Below are positions 7,933 through 16,432 of a stretch of DNA of 25,802 nt, in pieces. The stretch covers positions 1 to 25,802 of IMG/VR virus record IMGVR_UViG_3300031455_000006, one strand, 5' to 3'. This DNA is from a virus. Its lineage: Duplodnaviria > Caudoviricetes. Under the pieces are notes generated by a model that saw only the letters and a program-made list of their open reading frames with translations, was not told the origin of the DNA and made no database searches. A program made the position numbers and the translations under genes. The first letter of the stretch is position 1. Each line of letters opens with the position of its first letter.

Positions 7933-9184
7933 CTTCACTCCTTGAAAGAATGTTTATGTGTGGTGTGATTTTCTTGGTAATGAAGTCATTATCAATGTAG
8001 GGACATTGGACAATTTCTTTTTTATCTCTGAGTACAATGCACCTTCCTTGAATCAGAGGTAATTTCTCTGCACCAGATTCATCAATAACCACTTCCGATG
8101 CTGTTTGATTAGTCAATTTAAAGGCAATTTTAGTTGGTGAGTTCTGTTTTATTTGTCTCGGGAGAACATCGGCAGTAGGATATTGGGTGCAATAAATCAA
8201 TCTGTAACCTAGCCCATTCCCCAACCTTGCTATTTCTGAAAGTAGTTGCTCACATTTTCTCTTCTTTTTCTGCTCATCACCCTTAGTACCAGCACTTGAA
8301 AGTTCTGCCCCTTCATCAACAATAATGATGTTTCTGGTCTTAATCTTAGAATCACGAATGTTCTCAAATCCTTTTTCTCTGAAAATAGTCCACCTTGCTC
8401 TCATATCAGCCATGATTTTTTCTAATACTTCCAATGAAGAATCCAAGTCGTAAGCTACATCTTTCACCTGTGAACACTTTTTAAATCTGTTGAAGGCTAA
8501 CCCGCCTTTAAGGTCTAGTAAGTGAAATTGAGCATCTTGTGGCTTCCTGTGAATCAATGAAGTTACAAGCATCTTGAGAAACACAGTTTTCCCATACTGA
8601 GTTATGCCCGCCACACACATATGACCATTTTCCATATCGTGCTTAATTAAGCCTTTTCTGCTGACACCCAAAGGAATTTCCCATCCATTACATTTACTCA
8701 ACATTTCATCTGTAAGTGGTATCATTGTGGGCAACGGCTCATTATATACTCGAACCTTCAACATTCCATCCCATAATAATTCAACCTCTTTCCTAAGCTT
8801 CAACCTCTTATCTGATAACATTTGAATCTGTTTGATTATGGTTCTATCTAGTTTCAATTGCTTCAAGTCCTGCAAAGAGAAATCCAACACTGATCTTTTA
8901 GCGTTTAATCCATCTTGAAAATTATCAATTTTTGATTCGAAGTCCTTAAACTTCATACCTATTGGTATTTGATAAACATACTCAATGCCATTAGGTATGC
9001 TGGACTTCCTAAAGATACGAATTGTCTTCTTTGAATTACTCTTTTCATCTTTAATAAATAACCCACAGTTCTTGCATATTATTTCAATCTTCTTATGGTC
9101 ATTTCCGCCACCACCATAATATAAAAAATTTGCCCCTGCGATGACACCACCCGCAATCAAACATCCACCTAATTCGATAATCAT
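7823..9184 (-). CDS. FtsK/SpoIIIE family ATPase (coupling protein/DNA translocase-like)
   Basis: N-terminal TM; Walker A AGITQYGKT; DLKGG; Walker B IIVDEGAEL; TQYP; GGAGG SD favours the ATG at 9184 (9190 possible). Confidence 0.88.
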   Translation of the reverse strand: MIIELGGCLIAGGVIAGANFLYYGGGGNDHKKIEIICKNCGLFIKDEKSNSKKTIRIFRKSSIPNGIEYVYQIPIGMKFKDFESKIDNFQDGLNAKRSVLDFSLQDLKQLKLDRTIIKQIQMLSDKRLKLRKEVELLWDGMLKVRVYNEPLPTMIPLTDEMLSKCNGWEIPLGVSRKGLIKHDMENGHMCVAGITQYGKTVFLKMLVTSLIHRKPQDAQFHLLDLKGGLAFNRFKKCSQVKDVAYDLDSSLEVLEKIMADMRARWTIFREKGFENIRDSKIKTRNIIIVDEGAELSSAGTKGDEQKKKRKCEQLLSEIARLGNGLGYRLIYCTQYPTADVLPRQIKQNSPTKIAFKLTNQTASEVVIDESGAEKLPLIQGRCIVLRDKKEIVQCPYIDNDFITKKITPHINILSRSEDVELKKAHSQGAENRRNIKFFEKPRLSQHNTNKSSA

Positions 9185-9537
9185 AATCATCGTCCTCCAC
9201 CCTTTAAGTATTCTTAAATAGTCTCTCTTTGGGGGAACGGTTTGAGCCAGGCTGTTTTTATTGATGCATATGGATTCTTCGTATTCTAGTGTGAGTACCC
9301 TTTTACCATTCTTTTTAGAAACATGATTCGTATTTTAAATGGTATTCGTAAGATGTAAATAAATGCCCATATATTTAGTATTTATTTAAGAATCCTGTTT
9401 AGAACACTTGTGGACAGGCAGATATCCAGCCAATTTTATTGTGTTTTAAAGAGGTTTTTAACTTCCTTTAAAGATCTGGAAACGTCCTAGGAAGTTTAAA
9501 ATAATCACACTCAAACTAAGACAGGAAGTGTTCAAGA

Positions 9538-9565
9538 GGGTGTTCAGATTATAATTTGAACACCC
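9538..9565. repeat. 28-bp near-perfect palindrome
   Basis: GGGTGTTCAGATTATAATTTGAACACCC, one mismatched pair; no U tract. Confidence 0.7.
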
Positions 9566-9667
9566 AAATCCCTGTTTTCCCCTTATATATTAACGTTCCT
9601 ACAATCCTCTAATTTACCTACTTTATACTTATAAAGGAGTGAGTCTCACATGGAGAGTTCGACTTTA

Positions 9668-10522
9668 TCAAACACCAGCTTCGTACATTTCTTCAAATAA
9701 CCATTCATGATAATCTGCTTCAATTATATTTTTGCAAATAGCCGTATAGTAGGCTTCAACATTGCGTATCTTGCGCCCTGCCTTCATATTTCTTATGAGT
9801 TGATAAAAGCTGCGTTCAGCCAGTGAAACCTTATCAGCGGACTTATAGTGAGTCAGATGGTGAGTGTTGATTGTTACCACTCTCCACAGGGATTCAATTT
9901 GTTTATAGCCATTATTGAGCATTTTAGCCAAGTTTTTAAATGTAGTTGGGACTTTATTGGATGTTAATTCATGTGATTGAAAAGATTCATGTGATTCATG
10001 CGACAAGTCCTTATAACGTTTATTTATATTTTTGTTGTAAGTTTTATATATTACATCAGTTTTTCGGGGTGTCATCGTCTCAATTTCAGAACCTTGATCT
10101 GGTGCTGTTTGAGGCTCTGTATGATCGTTGGCGCGGGTGTCATTTGAAGATGAAATAGAAGTCCCAGAATTTATAAAACGCTGAATTACGTAAACGTTGG
10201 ACGATTGAGAGCCATTAGCGCGTTCGGTTGAGTGAATTTCAAGTATGCCAAACTTAACAGCCTTCCGTTTAAATCGGTGAAAGGTTGCTTCGGAGAGTTT
10301 GATTTTTTTATTTTGGAGAGATTTCAATAAGGTACGGATGGAAGCGTTAGATACCCCTATCGTTACACAGGAGTAGCGTAGAAGTTCTTTGAAGATATGG
10401 AGTTCGCCAGTTGTCAAATCGCTCTTGTGACAACTGAGGAATGATTCCATATTATTGTTAAGGTCTTTAATAGAAGAAAAATTCGATAAGTAATTAAATG
10501 ATTGAATGTTTGATTGTTTCAT
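9668..10522 (-). CDS. HTH-domain putative replication initiator
   Basis: Likely start MKQS at 10522 (GGGGG SD); winged HTH SEATFHRFKRKAVKFGILE..NGSQSSNVY; low-complexity linker; C-terminal IRNVEAYY. Confidence 0.65.
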   Translation of the reverse strand: MKQSNIQSFNYLSNFSSIKDLNNNMESFLSCHKSDLTTGELHIFKELLRYSCVTIGVSNASIRTLLKSLQNKKIKLSEATFHRFKRKAVKFGILEIHSTERANGSQSSNVYVIQRFINSGTSISSSNDTRANDHTEPQTAPDQGSEIETMTPRKTDVIYKTYNKNINKRYKDLSHESHESFQSHELTSNKVPTTFKNLAKMLNNGYKQIESLWRVVTINTHHLTHYKSADKVSLAERSFYQLIRNMKAGRKIRNVEAYYTAICKNIIEADYHEWLFEEMYEAGV

Positions 10523-10581
10523 GATTAATGCCCCCAATTTTTTAATTTAATTTTGGGCATACTCAAATAAGCCATTAGGAC

Positions 10582-10610
10582 TTGACTTTTTTCACAAAAT
10601 CCTTTAGACT
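10582..10610 (+). promoter_or_regulatory. SigA-type promoter for an antisense RNA
   Basis: TTGACT-17 bp-TAGACT. Confidence 0.65.
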
Positions 10611-10615
10611 AAATG

Positions 10616-10684
10616 CAACTATTATATTGCGTATTTGAGTACGCGCGTGGGCTTGTCTGTTGTCAGCAGATGAGCCTTTTTTTT
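10616..10684 (+). ncRNA. Putative ~70-nt countertranscript (antisense) RNA regulating the rep gene
   Basis: Plus-strand promoter followed by a plus-strand terminator (stem 10650-10676, 8 T); no ORF; antisense to the rep leader. Confidence 0.6.
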
Positions 10685-10783
10685 GCATGTATACCAAAAT
10701 GTATACAATTGACATTTTTATTTGATTTTCGACTTAATAACTCCTCAAACTACATCGATCCTCAAATTAACCGTTAGGATTCA

Positions 10784-11818
10784 TTAATCATCTCTCCCCA
10801 TATTGCGTTTTCTTTTACGCTTCTCTTTTTGTTCTATCAAATTTAAAGGTGAATACTGTCCGTGTTGAGAGACTATAGTTGTGTCTAACACATGTGCGTA
10901 TCTTAGGGTAACGGTTAAATCAGAGTGTCCAAGGATCTGCTGAAGCACTCTCATAGAGCCACCTTGTCGCAAGAACATTTCACTAGCAGTGTGTCGGAAT
11001 AAATGTGGTGGAACTCTTCTTTTAATTCCTGCTCGATCCACCATTTGCGCCAAGTGCTTTCTGAAAGGCGTTGAGGTCAAAGGTTTTCCATGATTAGTTA
11101 AAAAAATATAATCTGATTTTATCTCCTCGTTTTCTTCCATCATTTCTGTGAGAAGTTTTATTGTTTTTTTCGTAACAGGAACAATCCTAGCTTTTTTATT
11201 CTTTGTATTTTGGAACGTTACTGAAAAATTCTCATGGTTTATATCTGTTTTTTTTAGCGACAAAACCTCTGTGATCCGCCCGAATGAATCTAATAAAGTG
11301 TTTAAAATTACATACTCACGAAATTCAGAATACATTTCCTTGTTCAATTCATTTAGAATTTTATTTATTTCGTAAACAGTAAGCGTTTCAATCCGCTTTT
11401 GTTGTTCTTTAATTGGAGCGATTGCCAAGAAAATATTTTTATCAACAATTTTTTCTTCACACAAGATTGTAAAAATCGCTTTGGCGTACATCAAATAGGT
11501 GTTCACTCCACTTGGAGACAAGCCTATTTTTTTCACTTTATATGTCGGTTGATTTAAGAATTGTTTTTTTTCGTGTAATTGCCAATAAATGAAATCTCTA
11601 GCATCTTGAATTGACAACTTTGTAATATCCGCTTTTTCACCATAAAACCGATCAAAGTCATTGAACACTTTTTCATAATTGGCGATTGTGTTTATTGCCA
11701 ACCCCTGCATCTTTTTTATCTTAATAACAAATTCCCTTGCAACGTCTATTGTGATAATTTTTTCTTCATTTTTTTTTGTATAACGTTTTGTTTTTTTATT
11801 TACTGGATTATTAGACAA
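10784..11818 (-). CDS. int: Tyrosine recombinase/integrase
   Basis: Catalytic R (SFGRITE), K (TKNKK), HLFRH, LGHSD, Y (LRYAH); likely TTG start at 11818 with GGAGG SD (ORF extends to 11836). Confidence 0.93.
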   Translation of the reverse strand: MSNNPVNKKTKRYTKKNEEKIITIDVAREFVIKIKKMQGLAINTIANYEKVFNDFDRFYGEKADITKLSIQDARDFIYWQLHEKKQFLNQPTYKVKKIGLSPSGVNTYLMYAKAIFTILCEEKIVDKNIFLAIAPIKEQQKRIETLTVYEINKILNELNKEMYSEFREYVILNTLLDSFGRITEVLSLKKTDINHENFSVTFQNTKNKKARIVPVTKKTIKLLTEMMEENEEIKSDYIFLTNHGKPLTSTPFRKHLAQMVDRAGIKRRVPPHLFRHTASEMFLRQGGSMRVLQQILGHSDLTVTLRYAHVLDTTIVSQHGQYSPLNLIEQKEKRKRKRNMGRDD

Positions 11819-11819
11819 G

Positions 11820-11864
11820 AAAAAACCTCCCTTCATGTTTTAAAAGACAACATGAAAAGAGGTT
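11820..11864 (-). terminator. Hairpin/terminator overlapping the integrase SD
   Basis: 16-bp stem (2 GU pairs) AACCTCTTTTCATGTT/AACATGAAGGGAGGTT followed by Us. Confidence 0.6.
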
Positions 11865-11946
11865 GATTGATAATATTAAGTCTTCATCATATAAAGCACT
11901 GTCTTTCCTACCACTGAAGCTTAAAAACGTTGATATAACAGCGTTT

Positions 11947-12021
11947 TTAGGTTAAGCGAGTAACATCGCGTGCGATCATTACTTCTTCATCAGTTGGAAT
12001 AACAACTACTTTTACAGGTGA
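11947..12021 (-). other. attP core: replacement 3' end of acetate kinase (ackA)
   Basis: Minus strand reads SPVKVVVIPTDEEVMIARDVTRLT*, the conserved AckA C-terminus (IPTDEE.MIA); no start codon; sits between TMP and int. Confidence 0.9.
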
Positions 12022-12096
12022 GATTTAACCATATATTATCAATACGTTTCATGTTGTTTAATATAATTCTATCATTTTGGACTTCATTATGCAAAC

Positions 12097-12135
12097 AAAA
12101 AAAAGCTACCCTATAATTATAATTATAGGGTAGCT
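12097..12135 (-). terminator. Terminator after the tape measure gene
   Basis: Perfect 32-bp palindrome at 12104-12135 followed by a U run on minus. Confidence 0.8.
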
Positions 12136-12153
12136 CAGGACATCAATTTTCCA

Positions 12154-14706
12154 TTATCCTCCTCTTTTCTTAAGTCCTGACAATTGAACACCTGCTACGT
12201 AATTGGCAATTTTCTTCATTTGTCGGCCATCCATGTTTCCAGCGACATTAAAATTAAAAGTATTTTCAACAGTGATAGGTTTCCCACCTGTAGGAAGAGC
12301 CGACATATTAGAGAAAATTTTATCTCCAATTGTGCTTAGAACAGATTTAGTGAGAGGGATAATTGCCTCTGCACCTGCCTCTCCTACGCCCTGCATTCCT
12401 GCATTGGCTGTGTTAAAGATAGTCGGCTTACTGAAAATACCTCCTAATGCATTCCAATTAACCGCTATTTTCGGAACGCTTGGAGGATTTAAAGAAAATT
12501 TACCTGATAACGAAAACTTTGGAAGTTTTGGCATAGAAATTTTAGGAATTGATAATTTCATTCCAGTGAAAAATCCTTTGATGGTATCAACGAGTCTGCT
12601 AACTGTATTTTTTGCTGATTCGATCGGACTTGTGATTGCTGTTTTTACATTATTCCAAATATTGTAAGTTGTATTTTTAATGGAATTGAATGCATTAGAC
12701 AGATTATTTTTCATGTTATCAAATCTTGATTTTGCAATATCAACCGTTCCGCTAACAGCATTTGTGATGGCACTTTTTATTCCATTAAAAATGTTAGAGG
12801 CTGTATTTTTCATGTTATTAAAGATCGTTGATACGTTGTTTTTGAAATTATCAAATCTTGTACGCGCTGTATCAACTGCGCTGGAAACAGCATTTGTGAT
12901 GGTATTTTTTACGTTATTCCAAATATTTGAAGCTGTGTTTTTAATGTTATTTAAAGCTGTCGAAACGTTGTCTTTCATGTTATTGAATCTTGTCCGTACC
13001 TCAGTAACAATATTCGAGATTGTTGTTTTTAAATATGTAGAAATAGTATTCCATATCGAAGCGATTAAACCTCTTGCCGCATCCATATGATTGCGAATAG
13101 AATCGGTTATTGATTGAAATTTTGATGTTACATATGTGACGATGAAACTCAAAACTGTGTTGAAGATATTTTTTATTTCAGTGAATTTAGTCGTGATGTA
13201 AGTTGCCACAAAAGCAAAAACTTCAACTGCTTTCGCTCTGATAAAATCCCAACTTTTACCAACAAAAGCTACAACTTCGTCCCAATTTGCCCACAGAGCA
13301 ACACCTATCGCAATTAATGCCGCGATAGCCGCGATAACAATCCAAACTGGTGCGGTGATTGCTCCTATCGCTGTGACTAATATTCCAAAGCCCGCAACAA
13401 TAGCTGGTAAAAAGCCGATTATAGTTCCAAATACTACCAAAAGAGGTCCGATTACTATGATCAATCCTGTGATGATTGCGACCACTCTATGTATACTTGG
13501 ATCTAACTCACCAAACCAAGTCGCTAATTCAGCTATTTTTTCAATCCATGGGGTTATCATATCGATAACATCCATTAAAATAGGAAGGAAAGCGTCACCT
13601 AATGTGAGCGCAATGTCTTTAATTTTATTCCACATGATTGTTAATTGTGAGCTGACCGTTGCATATTTTTGTTCGGCTTCAGTTTGGAGCGCTGTATTTT
13701 CGTTCCACGCATCTGTTCCTATTTTCAAAGCATCCGTCAAAGTACCGCTACCAGATGCCATGGTTTTTAATACTTCAGAAACTTGTAAGCCACTGAATCC
13801 CATTTCATCTAAAATAGGATTAATATTTTCCCCTTCACCTTGCATTTTTCCTAGACCACTGATAAACATCTCCAATGCTCCACCTGCATCCTGTTCAAAT
13901 GCGGTAGAAAATTCGCTTGCGGAAACGCCTGCTACACTAGCAAATTGTTCTAAGCCTTTACCTCCATTTGCAACAGAATTTGTCATTTCGGTGATGACGC
14001 GCGACATTGACCCTCCACCACGTTCTGCTGAAATTCCCATTGAAGACATGGCGGCTGATACTGACATAATTTGAGCTTGGCTCATTCCTGCTTGTGTTGC
14101 AGATCCTGCCAAATAACCAGCCATATTAACAATTTGTGATTCTGTTGTTGCGGTGTTGTTACCTAATGCAACGATTGTACTTCCAAGCCGATCAAAGTTT
14201 TCTTGTGGCATGTTGGTTGCATTCGCAAATTGAGCAAGTGCCATGCTGGCTTCATCTGCTGTCATGTTGGTTGCCACACCCAAATCAACCATTGTACGAG
14301 TAAAACCAAGTATGTTTTCTTTCTCAATTCCAAGTTGTCCCGCATTTTCGGCTACTTTTGCTATCTCGATAGCAGAAACTGGGATCTCCTTACTCATATC
14401 TCTGATGCCTTGTTTTAAACCTGCGAACTCGTCTTCTGTTGCGTCCACCGTTTTACGAACACCAGCGAAGGCTGATTCAAAATCAATTGCCGTCTTAATT
14501 GCAAACGTAGCAATACCAGCCAATGGTAGAGATACGCTTTTAGTAAGGGCGCTACCAACATTCTTCATTCCCTGACTGAGATTTTTCGTTTTCGTTTCAA
14601 AATTCTTTGAAAATTCATCAGTTTTCTTTCCAGCGTCACCCATTGCTTTTGTAAACTCGTCAGTTTTCGCAAGTATCCTTGCTACTAAACTGTATTCCTG
14701 TGACAT
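12154..14706 (-). CDS. Tail tape measure protein (TP901-family core)
   Basis: FESAFAGVRKTVD; DRLGSTIVALGNN; central hydrophobic stretch; 11/22-periodic F/W repeats; C-terminal GGIFSKPT..GEAGAEAIIPL. Confidence 0.95.
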   Translation of the reverse strand: MSQEYSLVARILAKTDEFTKAMGDAGKKTDEFSKNFETKTKNLSQGMKNVGSALTKSVSLPLAGIATFAIKTAIDFESAFAGVRKTVDATEDEFAGLKQGIRDMSKEIPVSAIEIAKVAENAGQLGIEKENILGFTRTMVDLGVATNMTADEASMALAQFANATNMPQENFDRLGSTIVALGNNTATTESQIVNMAGYLAGSATQAGMSQAQIMSVSAAMSSMGISAERGGGSMSRVITEMTNSVANGGKGLEQFASVAGVSASEFSTAFEQDAGGALEMFISGLGKMQGEGENINPILDEMGFSGLQVSEVLKTMASGSGTLTDALKIGTDAWNENTALQTEAEQKYATVSSQLTIMWNKIKDIALTLGDAFLPILMDVIDMITPWIEKIAELATWFGELDPSIHRVVAIITGLIIVIGPLLVVFGTIIGFLPAIVAGFGILVTAIGAITAPVWIVIAAIAALIAIGVALWANWDEVVAFVGKSWDFIRAKAVEVFAFVATYITTKFTEIKNIFNTVLSFIVTYVTSKFQSITDSIRNHMDAARGLIASIWNTISTYLKTTISNIVTEVRTRFNNMKDNVSTALNNIKNTASNIWNNVKNTITNAVSSAVDTARTRFDNFKNNVSTIFNNMKNTASNIFNGIKSAITNAVSGTVDIAKSRFDNMKNNLSNAFNSIKNTTYNIWNNVKTAITSPIESAKNTVSRLVDTIKGFFTGMKLSIPKISMPKLPKFSLSGKFSLNPPSVPKIAVNWNALGGIFSKPTIFNTANAGMQGVGEAGAEAIIPLTKSVLSTIGDKIFSNMSALPTGGKPITVENTFNFNVAGNMDGRQMKKIANYVAGVQLSGLKKRGG

Positions 14707-14736
14707 TTATAAATCCCCTTTCAATTAAAAAAACAT

Positions 14737-14784
14737 AAAAAAAAGAGAGGAAAACCCTCACTCTCAAAGGTTTTCCTCTCTTTT
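14737..14784. terminator. Strong, possibly bidirectional terminator between chaperones and TMP
   Basis: AAAAGAGAGGAAAACC/GGTTTTCCTCTCTTTT stem with A/T runs on both sides. Confidence 0.75.
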
Positions 14785-14789
14785 AAAAG

Positions 14790-15098
14790 CTACATATTTT
14801 TAAGTTGTTCCTTAGCTTTTTTGATTGCTTCAAAATCTGTTTTCTTGTTGATCTTTGAAGGCTTATACACTTTTTCGGGCATTAAACCCTCCAAAAACTC
14901 CTTAATATCCTTTTGATCATAATTAGGAAGTAGACTAATTTGTGCTTTCATTAACCAGTCTTCACGTTGTGAATTTTGGATAACTTTCAACTGCAAGATA
15001 TGTTCGTCAAGATAAACATTGTCTAGGATAAATTCACGAGTCCAGCCGTATTCCTTCGCATATAAGTGTATTATGGAAATTATTTGCTTTTGGTACAA
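14790..15098 (-). CDS. Tail assembly chaperone C-terminal extension (gpT-like), reached by -1 frameshift
   Basis: Frame stays open up to the slippery site at 15167-15176; AKEYGWT..I motif; immediately before TMP. Confidence 0.8.
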   Translation of the reverse strand: MYQKQIISIIHLYAKEYGWTREFILDNVYLDEHILQLKVIQNSQREDWLMKAQISLLPNYDQKDIKEFLEGLMPEKVYKPSKINKKTDFEAIKKAKEQLKNM

Positions 15099-15145
15099 AG
15101 TAAAAAAGGATTCATTTGATTTTTCATCATCTGAACCCTTCTCGT

Positions 15146-15505
15146 TTATTGCCCCTTCAATCTCTTGAAAAAACCCATGATCACACTTAGGTTATTCACA
15201 CTCAAAACGGCTTCAGTTAGAGTGAAAAAGTCATCGATTCCACCGTCTAAAACTGTTTCAACATCAATATTTGCCGCCACTGCCAAAAATCTTGGTAGTG
15301 TGTCAGATGCTTCCATTAAGATTTCTGGGACTTTATCAATAATCGTTTCTGTATTGACTTCCGTATTGCCATCTTGCATAAATAATTCTTTAAACACTTT
15401 TGGAAGATTATTCAAAGTTGAAGCAACTGCCCCCATGTTACGGATAGCAATTTTCTTGATTTCAAATTCTTCACCATTAAATTGAATTTTCACGCTGTCC
15501 TGCAT
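15146..15505 (-). CDS. Tail assembly chaperone (gpG-like)
   Basis: Lies between tail tube and TMP; ends with G GGT TTT TTC slippery sequence. Confidence 0.8.
   Translation of the reverse strand: MQDSVKIQFNGEEFEIKKIAIRNMGAVASTLNNLPKVFKELFMQDGNTEVNTETIIDKVPEILMEASDTLPRFLAVAANIDVETVLDGGIDDFFTLTEAVLSVNNLSVIMGFFKRLKGQ
15167..15176 (-). other. Programmed -1 ribosomal frameshift site
   Basis: GGGTTTTTTC (X XXY YYZ); -1 frame reads QEIEGAINEKGSDDEKSNESFFTLYQKQ into the downstream ORF. Confidence 0.85.
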
Positions 15506-16020
15506 TATTCTGCACCCTCTTCATTACCGATACGGAAGAAATTCCCACCAGTTTTATAATTACCAGTTTTCGGTAATGCTCTGAACTCAACTTCATATGT
15601 ATTCACGTCTTTACCATACGCACGAGTAAATCCACCTGTCGGTAAAGCCTTGAAAATTGTAATGTCATAGTCTGTTGTTCCACCAGCGTCCCGTGGACAT
15701 ACTTGGATCTCAACAGCTTTATCCCGCATACGTTGGTGGGTAGCACCATCAGTTAATCCAACTGTGCTTGCACCGTCTTTAATTTCTTGTAATGCAGGTA
15801 GTGCCATTTTTAATTTTTCAAATGACTCGTCCTGTAAAACTACTTTTAAAGTTACATTCCAAGAATCCAAGTAGTAGTCATATACTCCTAGTTCATACGT
15901 TTCGATCTCCAACATCACAGGTTCAGCCATAAATTCTGCCGAATCTCCTTGTAAACCGATGTCTTTACCATCAATTTTGATGTCTGCTAAACCAAATCCG
16001 ATTTTAATATCTTCTGCCAT
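15505..16020 (-). CDS. Major tail (tube) protein
   Basis: Position after tail terminator and before chaperones; beta-rich ~171 aa; start 16020 or 16032. Confidence 0.75.
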   Translation of the reverse strand: MAEDIKIGFGLADIKIDGKDIGLQGDSAEFMAEPVMLEIETYELGVYDYYLDSWNVTLKVVLQDESFEKLKMALPALQEIKDGASTVGLTDGATHQRMRDKAVEIQVCPRDAGGTTDYDITIFKALPTGGFTRAYGKDVNTYEVEFRALPKTGNYKTGGNFFRIGNEEGAE

Positions 16021-16051
16021 TTTGCATTTCACTTACTTTCTTATTTTTATT

Positions 16052-16432
16052 TTATTTTTTTGTCATGAAGACAAGTTCAACTGTGAACTCTTCTCTATCG
16101 TTGTTATCTCTATATAAATAACTCACATCTGTTCGAGCGAACGAATGCAGAACATACAAATCATCTAATTGATAATTCTCTTTTGAATGGAATAAATCCA
16201 TAATTTCATTGCCCAATTTATCTCCATCTAACCAAGTTAAAGTTCTGAATTTAATTTCAATAACTTTCTCTCTTATTGGTGTATATAAGCTAGGAGGATA
16301 GCCACCCAAATCAACCACACTTACAATTTCATCTGGATTATCTGGATAAAAATTAATGAATAAATTCTCTCCAAAAGTTAAATCATTTTCTTTAATTTCT
16401 TGTTCTAAATAATCAACAATTTTTTTAAGCAT
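16052..16432 (-). CDS. Tail terminator / minor capsid 3-like protein
   Basis: GENLFINFYPDNPD...YLYRDNNDREEFTVEL pattern; position in the connector block. Confidence 0.7.
   Translation of the reverse strand: MLKKIVDYLEQEIKENDLTFGENLFINFYPDNPDEIVSVVDLGGYPPSLYTPIREKVIEIKFRTLTWLDGDKLGNEIMDLFHSKENYQLDDLYVLHSFARTDVSYLYRDNNDREEFTVELVFMTKK

Noticed and set aside
9481-9500. Partial match to the Bacillus dif left arm (ACTTCCTAG on minus)
   Set aside because: The right arm and spacer are absent
11947-12021. Functional ackA gene or decayed pseudogene
   Set aside because: Only the last 24 codons are present, next to an integrase, which fits an attP identity segment
12104-12135. Protelomerase telRL site
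   Set aside because: No protelomerase recognised; position after a stop codon plus U tract fits a terminator
12203-14575. Long + strand ORFs opposite the tape measure gene
   Set aside because: Antisense shadows of a repetitive, codon-biased gene; no SD or recognisable domains
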